64,000 nt of DNA, taken from contig JBAWZD010000001.1 of NCBI GenBank assembly GCA_037143195.1, positions 272,892-336,891 on the forward strand. The letters run 5' to 3'. The position numbers were made by a program, and so were the translations under genes. Source of the DNA: a bacterium. Its GTDB lineage: Bacteria; Patescibacteriota; Minisyncoccia; Phycocordibacterales; UBA9973. Each line of letters starts with the position of its first letter. Within the stretch, counting starts at the first letter, position 1. Of the stretch, positions 58,877-64,000 are shown piece after piece. The notes below the pieces were generated by a model. The model had not been told where the DNA came from and ran no database searches. It saw only the letters and a list, made by a program, of their open reading frames with translations.

Positions 58877-59083
58877 ATGACTGGAATAATCAAAAAGCTC
58901 ACTGACAAAGGTTTCGGTTTCATCTCAGCAGAAGGACTTGCTAAGGATATTTTCTTCCACAGCAAGAACCTCGTAGGCGTCGCTTTCGACGACCTTCGCG
59001 AAGGAGAGACTGTATCATTTGAAGTTGAAGATTCACCAAAGGGACAGAACGCTGTAAACGTACAGCTCGTCCAGAACGCGTAA
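58877..59083 (+). CDS. Cold-shock protein (CspA family)
   Basis: KGFGFI and IFFHS RNP motifs, long 5' leader, terminator at ~59102-59135. Confidence 0.95.
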   Translation: MTGIIKKLTDKGFGFISAEGLAKDIFFHSKNLVGVAFDDLREGETVSFEVEDSPKGQNAVNVQLVQNA

Positions 59084-59151
59084 TCTTTGAGCAATCAAAA
59101 ACAAAAGCCGCCCCGTTGGGGCGGCTTTTGTTTTTGTACACCATGTATTCC

Positions 59152-59223
59152 CTACTTCTTCTTGTCTGCCTTTGCCTTCTTTGGCTTCTTCGCTTCCTTC
59201 TTGTGTGAAATTCCTTTTGCCAT
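59152..59223 (-). CDS. Tiny Lys-rich peptide (23 aa, MAKGISHKKEAKKPKKAKADKKK)
   Basis: Clean ATG..TAG frame between uppP and a bidirectional terminator, with codon usage like highly expressed genes (AAG, GCA). Confidence 0.55.
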   Translation of the reverse strand: MAKGISHKKEAKKPKKAKADKKK

Positions 59224-59259
59224 AAATGAAAATAGAATTATTTGTAATGAGCAACACTC

Positions 59260-60033
59260 TTAGTATATCAGATACAAAAGAAAAGCAATTGCAATTCCGA
59301 TGCGATACACACCAAACGAAACGAATGTGTGTTTCTTCACGTAGTCGAGCAAGAATTTGATTGCGAAAAATGCAGAAACGAACGCAACAACAAATCCGAT
59401 ACCAAGCATTTCCGTTTCTTGTCCAGAAAAATGAAATCCAGATTTGATCAAATCAAGTCCTGTTGCTGCGAGCATAGTCGGAATCGCGAGCATGAATGAG
59501 AACTCCACTATCGTGTCGCGCGCGATGCCGAGAGCAAGTCCTCCAACGATCGTCGCCGCTGACCGAGACACTCCAGGAATGATTGCAATCGCCTGAAAAA
59601 CTCCGATCCAAAGTGCCTGTGTGTACGTGATTGAATCAATCGTGCTTACGCGAGCAGTCTTCCCTTTCTGAAAATATTCAAACACAACAAGGAAGATACC
59701 TCCGAGAAAAAGTGACCAAAGTACGACGTGCATATTGCCGAGCAGATGTGCTTTGACGAATTTGTACGCGAGTAAACCAATTACTGCAGTCGGAATAAAT
59801 GCAACAGAAACACGAGAAAATATTTTCCACGAGAGCAGTACTCGCTTCCAATACAGAATGACGACGGCAAGAATCGCACCAAGCTGAATGAATATTTCAA
59901 AACTTTTTACAAAATCCGTTTCAGTGAGGTGTAAAAGATTCGCCGTAAGGATCATGTGTCCTGTCGAAGAAATCGGCAAGAACTCAGTGATGCCTTCTAC
60001 GATTCCAAGGACGATTGCGTGAAGTGCGTTCAT
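59260..60033 (-). CDS. uppP: Undecaprenyl-diphosphatase UppP/BacA
   Basis: GIVEGITEFLPISSTGH, IQLGAILAV, PGVSRSAATI. Confidence 0.96.
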   Translation of the reverse strand: MNALHAIVLGIVEGITEFLPISSTGHMILTANLLHLTETDFVKSFEIFIQLGAILAVVILYWKRVLLSWKIFSRVSVAFIPTAVIGLLAYKFVKAHLLGNMHVVLWSLFLGGIFLVVFEYFQKGKTARVSTIDSITYTQALWIGVFQAIAIIPGVSRSAATIVGGLALGIARDTIVEFSFMLAIPTMLAATGLDLIKSGFHFSGQETEMLGIGFVVAFVSAFFAIKFLLDYVKKHTFVSFGVYRIGIAIAFLLYLIY

Positions 60034-60036
60034 AGA

Positions 60037-60411
60037 TTATTGGTTATTCGGAGCACTCGTTACGCAACCATCATAGGTAGTCTTTCCGTTTTCTTCGATG
60101 AAGGCCGACGTGCCCTTGTTCCAAAATACAAAACTTTCGTCCGCGTTTACGTATCGTGCGCCACTCGCTGATACTGCATGCGGTAGATTCATGGTACGTC
60201 CATCACTGAGAGCAACGTCTACGCTCGCGTCATCGGGAAGATGAAATGTTGCGGTGATTGATTTTTGATCTGGACACATGAACGTGTATGAAGGATTTTG
60301 ATTGAGCGCCTTAGGAACAGGCGCATTCACGTGACGACGCAAAAGATATCCAGCAACAATAGCCGAGAGAATAATAACAAACAGTGAGATTAAAAGATTT
60401 TTATTTTTCAT
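60037..60411 (-). CDS. MliC-family lysozyme inhibitor-like protein
   Basis: SASGARY and FWNKG motifs, two Cys, N-terminal TM. Confidence 0.88.
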   Translation of the reverse strand: MKNKNLLISLFVIILSAIVAGYLLRRHVNAPVPKALNQNPSYTFMCPDQKSITATFHLPDDASVDVALSDGRTMNLPHAVSASGARYVNADESFVFWNKGTSAFIEENGKTTYDGCVTSAPNNQ

Positions 60412-60435
60412 AGTGACCCGATTATACCAAACATT

Positions 60436-60951
60436 CTAGAGTTCACGAGTGTCGTACGCCCAATGAAGGAGCGCCTGTCTTTGACGTGGCCGACAGAGAG
60501 TGTCACCCGGTTTGCAATTGGCCTGTATTTGCGCAATATGCCTCCGTATGGCGTTCCACCGCTTGATCTGACGCATATCTTCATCGGGGATTCTACGACC
60601 CATGTAATAGCGACAATACCACTGAAACCACCCCCGTGGATCGTCTTTGTATATCCAGCCTTTCTTTTGCCATTCACTCAATGTTTGTGAGGCGTTGATT
60701 TTGAAATAGTTGAGCGATGCGTCGTGTTTACCCGGAGAGAGCTTGGCATGGGTAAACCAACTTTTTGGAAATTCGTTTGTACAGTCGGTCATGTATTCGC
60801 CGCCAAACACACCGAGCTCGAGCATTTCCTTGGGTGTGAGCTCAGGGCGAAAGAGCGGATCAAAATTGCGACCCTCGGGTTCAACGAGTTCGTACGTATA
60901 CCCTTTTTGCATTGTGTCGTTCACGACGACGACTTTTGATTTCTTCGTCAT
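60436..60951 (-). CDS. Conserved uncharacterised protein
   Basis: TPKEMLELGVFGG.Y, DPRGWFQWYCRYYMGRR, RQIKRW, RQALLHWAYD conserved-looking motifs. Confidence 0.8.
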   Translation of the reverse strand: MTKKSKVVVVNDTMQKGYTYELVEPEGRNFDPLFRPELTPKEMLELGVFGGEYMTDCTNEFPKSWFTHAKLSPGKHDASLNYFKINASQTLSEWQKKGWIYKDDPRGWFQWYCRYYMGRRIPDEDMRQIKRWNAIRRHIAQIQANCKPGDTLCRPRQRQALLHWAYDTREL

Positions 60952-60953
60952 AG

Positions 60954-61505
60954 CTATTTACTCGCGAGATAGTCTTGTGCGTTTTTTTGTGCACGCTTTG
61001 CTTTCATTTTGCGAATGAGGAAATATCCATACACGACGACGAGCGACGTGTAGTTGATAATCATGTAGTATTTATTACCCCACGAAATACCGTGCAAAAA
61101 TTTGTAACTCGATACGGGAAACAAAAATGGCGTTGGATAAAAATTCGCTGCGTGCGATGGAATATCAATCAGGATGTGGAGCGCCCAGCCACAGAGTTCA
61201 TATGCGGGGCGTTTTTTGATGAGCCAGACGACGAGAAAGACGGCGAGCCAAATGACAAGCGAGTGACTGTACTGATAAAGATTCGCAGAGAGACCCATGG
61301 TCGACGGTCTACCAAATGTGAGACCGTTGTGGATGAGCGTCGGAATCGAAAGCATCATCGGAAGTACGAAGGCAAACAAATCGGGAAAGACTCCCCAAAA
61401 TGCTGTCCATCCGACACGAATGAGGCGTTCGTGTTTCTGTGCCAATTTTGAGTTTACGGCGCGAGCGCCCGCCGTCGTCCAGAGTGCGTGTGCAAATATA
61501 TCCAT
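60954..61505 (-). CDS. Membrane protein, metal-dependent hydrolase-like
   Basis: H..W, PDL, HS, HILID..H, P..FP motifs with TM helices. Confidence 0.7.
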   Translation of the reverse strand: MDIFAHALWTTAGARAVNSKLAQKHERLIRVGWTAFWGVFPDLFAFVLPMMLSIPTLIHNGLTFGRPSTMGLSANLYQYSHSLVIWLAVFLVVWLIKKRPAYELCGWALHILIDIPSHAANFYPTPFLFPVSSYKFLHGISWGNKYYMIINYTSLVVVYGYFLIRKMKAKRAQKNAQDYLASK

Positions 61506-61524
61506 GTGATTAGTATACCGTACT

Positions 61525-61797
61525 TTAGGGACGTTTTTGTATACGAGCGCCTTCGGCAATGAGGAGCGCGAGCTTCGCTCGCGCTCCTCCCCGATTGTAT
61601 TCCCCAACCGTCCCATCCGACCGTATCACTCGATGACACGGCACCGCCGGGTCATAATTCATCCTCATGATTGACCCGACTGCACGCACTGCGTCCGGGC
61701 TTCCTGCGCGTCGCGCCACTTCCGCATAAGTGAGCGTCTCACCTTTCGGAATTTCTGACACAATCTTTTTTACTTTTTCGGTGAATGTCATCTTCAT
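61525..61797 (-). CDS. MGMT-family (methylguanine methyltransferase DNA-binding domain) protein
   Basis: IPKGETLTY.EVA, RAVG, VPCHRVI. Start at ATG 61797 with TATACT 6 nt upstream. Confidence 0.9.
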   Translation of the reverse strand: MKMTFTEKVKKIVSEIPKGETLTYAEVARRAGSPDAVRAVGSIMRMNYDPAVPCHRVIRSDGTVGEYNRGGARAKLALLIAEGARIQKRP

Positions 61798-61849
61798 GAT
61801 ATGAGTATATAAAAAATACCCCGAAAGGGGTATTTTTTGAAAAGTCCAG

Positions 61850-61998
61850 ATTAACGCTTTGGTCACAGATAATTCCTCGCCGTCGCTTGGAATTTCCGCG
61901 ACCCCGCCTCGCGGTTTCGCCTGCTGGCGAAACATCGCTCCGGCCGTCGAAGCGTTATAAAAAAGCCCCGCAGGGGGCTTTTTTATTAACGCTTCGAC
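61850..61998. repeat. GC-rich multi-hairpin insertion element at the rpsI 3' end
   Basis: Direct repeat ATTAACGCTT (61850-61859 and 61985-61994), inverted copy GTCGAAGCGTTA (61946-61957), three internal hairpins. Confidence 0.7.
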
Positions 61999-62387
61999 CA
62001 CTGTGGGGCTTTGCGGGCCTTTTTGAGACCGAACTTGCGGCGTTCCTTTGAACGTGGATCACGTTTGAGGTAGCCTTCTTTCTTGAGCTTCGTCTTTGAG
62101 TCTTCGTTCAATTCAGCGAAGTAACGAGCGAGCCCGTGACGAACTGCTTCGGCCTGTGAGTGGATTCCTCCACCGTTGACCATGACAGTCACTTCATATT
62201 TCTGATCTGGAGCAACGAGTGTCATTGCGTCATTGACCACTTTCATGAGAGCAACAGTCTTGAAGTAATCCTTCACATCTTTACCGTTGACGGTGAATGA
62301 TGACTTGGTTGCAGGAGTCAAACGAACGCGACATGTTGATGTCTTTCGGCGACCGATCTTCTCTGTGTATGTTTTCTTTTCTGACAT
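61986..62387 (-). CDS. rpsI: 30S ribosomal protein uS9
   Basis: GRRKTS, GGG...QAEAVRHG, KARKAPQWSKR. Confidence 0.97.
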   Translation of the reverse strand: MSEKKTYTEKIGRRKTSTCRVRLTPATKSSFTVNGKDVKDYFKTVALMKVVNDAMTLVAPDQKYEVTVMVNGGGIHSQAEAVRHGLARYFAELNEDSKTKLKKEGYLKRDPRSKERRKFGLKKARKAPQWSKR

Positions 62388-62394
62388 ATAAATA

Positions 62395-62763
62395 TTATTC
62401 GGTTACGACAAGGTTCTTCATGATCTCTGGGCGGAGCTTGTTGCCTGGGAGCATGCCGTAGACCGCACGGCGGAGAACTTCCTCGATACCTTTCTTATCA
62501 AGCACCTGTGCAAGCGTCTCATAACGGAGACCACCTGGGTATCCTGAGTACTGAGCAAACTTGACTGTGTCGAGCTTGCGAGGATCAATCTTGATCTTCT
62601 TTGCGTTCGTGACTGTAACTTTGCCTCCGTTCATCATGTGACGTTCGAAAGTAGCTGAGTCTTTGCCCATGAGCGCAAGCGCAACCTGAGTAGCGACTCG
62701 TCCAACCGTAATGCCTGAAGCATCGATTGTTGTCATTTTGTTGTTTTTAGTCGTTGTTTTCAT
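62395..62763 (-). CDS. rplM: 50S ribosomal protein uL13
   Basis: IDA....GR.A, SGYPGGL, AVYGMLP. Confidence 0.96.
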   Translation of the reverse strand: MKTTTKNNKMTTIDASGITVGRVATQVALALMGKDSATFERHMMNGGKVTVTNAKKIKIDPRKLDTVKFAQYSGYPGGLRYETLAQVLDKKGIEEVLRRAVYGMLPGNKLRPEIMKNLVVTE

Positions 62764-62795
62764 TGCTGTGATTTACCTTACCCTAAAGTTCGGAA

Positions 62796-63149
62796 TTATA
62801 CAAACTCGATGACTGCCATTCGAGAAGCATCCGACTTTCGCACCGGAAGGCGCGTGATGCGTGTGTATCCACCTGGACGTGTTGCGTACCCTGGCGCAAT
62901 CTCTTCAAAAAGTTTCTTGGTCTCAGTCTTGCGATTGAGGAGTCGGGATACTGCCAAGCGGTGGCTTGCAGTGTCTCCACTTTTTGCGAGTGTTACGAGT
63001 GGCTCAACGACCTTGCGGAGCTCCTTTGCGCGAGCTTCAGTAGTGGTGATTTTGCCGTGACGAATGAGATCAAGCGCAAGCCCCTTAAGGAAGGTACTGC
63101 GGACTTTTCTCTCGCGACCGAATTTTCTGTTTTTGTTTGCGTGTCTCAT
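62796..63149 (-). CDS. rplQ: 50S ribosomal protein bL17
   Basis: MRH, ITTTEARAKELR, RPGGYTRI. Confidence 0.97.
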   Translation of the reverse strand: MRHANKNRKFGRERKVRSTFLKGLALDLIRHGKITTTEARAKELRKVVEPLVTLAKSGDTASHRLAVSRLLNRKTETKKLFEEIAPGYATRPGGYTRITRLPVRKSDASRMAVIEFV

Positions 63150-63176
63150 AATTGTAAATAAATCGAAATACTAAAA

Positions 63177-64000
63177 TTATTTCAGGGTGATACCGTAATT
63201 GGAAAGAATACGCTTTATCTCCTGAATTCCCTTTTCTCCCATTCCTTCGATCTCAAGAAGATCTTCTTTCTTCTTGCGAGCAAGTCCTCCGAGCGTACGA
63301 ATGCCCGCATCGGTGAGGGCGTTCAACGTTCGTGTGGAGAAATCAAGTGTGTCGATGCGAGTCTTGAGGACTTCGCTCATATCGTCTTTGCCCTCTTCGT
63401 TGAGGTCATCGCTTGCAGTATCGCTTTTCATTGCAGTAGCACCACCGTCTGCCTGTTCTTCGGTAAATCCGATGATAGCAGCGAGCTGGTCGATCATGAT
63501 GCGGATTGAATTCTCAAGCGCTTCACGTGGAGTGATTGTGCCATCTGTTTCGATGAGCATGCGGAGACGGTTGTGGTTTGTCTTGTCACCAACACGCATG
63601 TTTTCTACTTCGTAGGAAACACGGCGGATTGGAGTAAAGATTGCGTCGACAGCCATTGTGCCGATTTCAACCTTGCCTTTTTCATGCATCTCGCGAGGCA
63701 TAAATCCAAGACCACGCTCAACACGAACTTCGATATTGAGTGAAGCTGACTTGTCAGTGAGCTCTGCAATAAAGAGATCTGGGTTGAGGACTTCAAGCTG
63801 TCCTGAAACAGTCATGTCGCCTGCTGTTGCCATCTTTGCGCCCTTTACAGAAAGAGTTGCAGTCTGAGGCTCATCAGTCGTCATCTTGAAACGAATCTTC
63901 TTGAGGTGGAGAAGGATAAGAACAACGTCTTCCTTGACGCCTTCTACGGTCGAGAACTCATGAGAAACACCGTCAATTTTGACGTGCGTAATAGCAGCAC
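63177..64000 (-). CDS. rpoA: RNA polymerase alpha subunit (5' end outside window)
   Basis: HEFST..GVKED, DAIFTPI..V.Y.VE..RVG, TDGTITP, alpha-CTD. Confidence 0.97.
   Translation of the reverse strand, partial: AAITHVKIDGVSHEFSTVEGVKEDVVLILLHLKKIRFKMTTDEPQTATLSVKGAKMATAGDMTVSGQLEVLNPDLFIAELTDKSASLNIEVRVERGLGFMPREMHEKGKVEIGTMAVDAIFTPIRRVSYEVENMRVGDKTNHNRLRMLIETDGTITPREALENSIRIMIDQLAAIIGFTEEQADGGATAMKSDTASDDLNEEGKDDMSEVLKTRIDTLDFSTRTLNALTDAGIRTLGGLARKKKEDLLEIEGMGEKGIQEIKRILSNYGITLK

Noticed and set aside
61525-62001. 158-aa N-terminally extended MGMT ORF from the ORF track
   Set aside because: The extension runs through the palindromic element and terminators. The real start is ATG 61797.
1-64000. 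Alternative genetic code 25 (UGA=Gly) as in Gracilibacteria/Absconditabacteria
   Set aside because: Core genes are full-length under code 11 and TGA terminates genes such as dinB.

Overview
This 64-kb chromosomal window is most likely from a Patescibacteria (CPR, Parcubacteria/Paceibacteria-like) genome using genetic code 11. The taxonomy is inferred from gene forms: helicase-motif-less PriA, HTH-MurA, a PaaX-like regulator, ValS with a histidine-phosphatase insertion, N-terminal-only GlmU, and rpoA-rplQ-rplM-rpsI adjacency. The housekeeping backbone is rseP, frr, mreB, priA, rpsU, ybeY, ftsA, ftsZ, trxB, pyrF, murB, murA, tsaD, valS, dinB, dnaK, grpE, uppP, the ribosomal genes and three tRNAs (Glu, Ser, Val). 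Many backbone genes look leaderless, with a -10 box 6-9 nt before the ATG. The backbone is interrupted by many AT-rich single-gene orphan cassettes, each with a TTGAC promoter, an A-rich leader that often contains AACCA(A/T)n, and its own terminator. The most notable observations are: (1) an unannotated valine leader-peptide attenuator (MFKVRTTAVVVVVT...) with terminator and antiterminator upstream of an orphan ORF and valS; (2) three ORF-less promoter-to-terminator units that look like small RNAs and carry sequence complementary to cassette leaders; (3) secreted proteins with Bacteroidota-type T9SS C-terminal sorting domains; (4) a bacillithiol operon with a half-size BshC-like protein; (5) an orphan with an AcrVA2/FinQ-like PHxRRxH motif behind a self-occluding leader; (6) two GC-rich palindromic insertion elements at gene 3' ends. 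No CRISPR array, integrase, transposase or prophage was seen. All homology calls rest on motif recognition by eye, not database searches.
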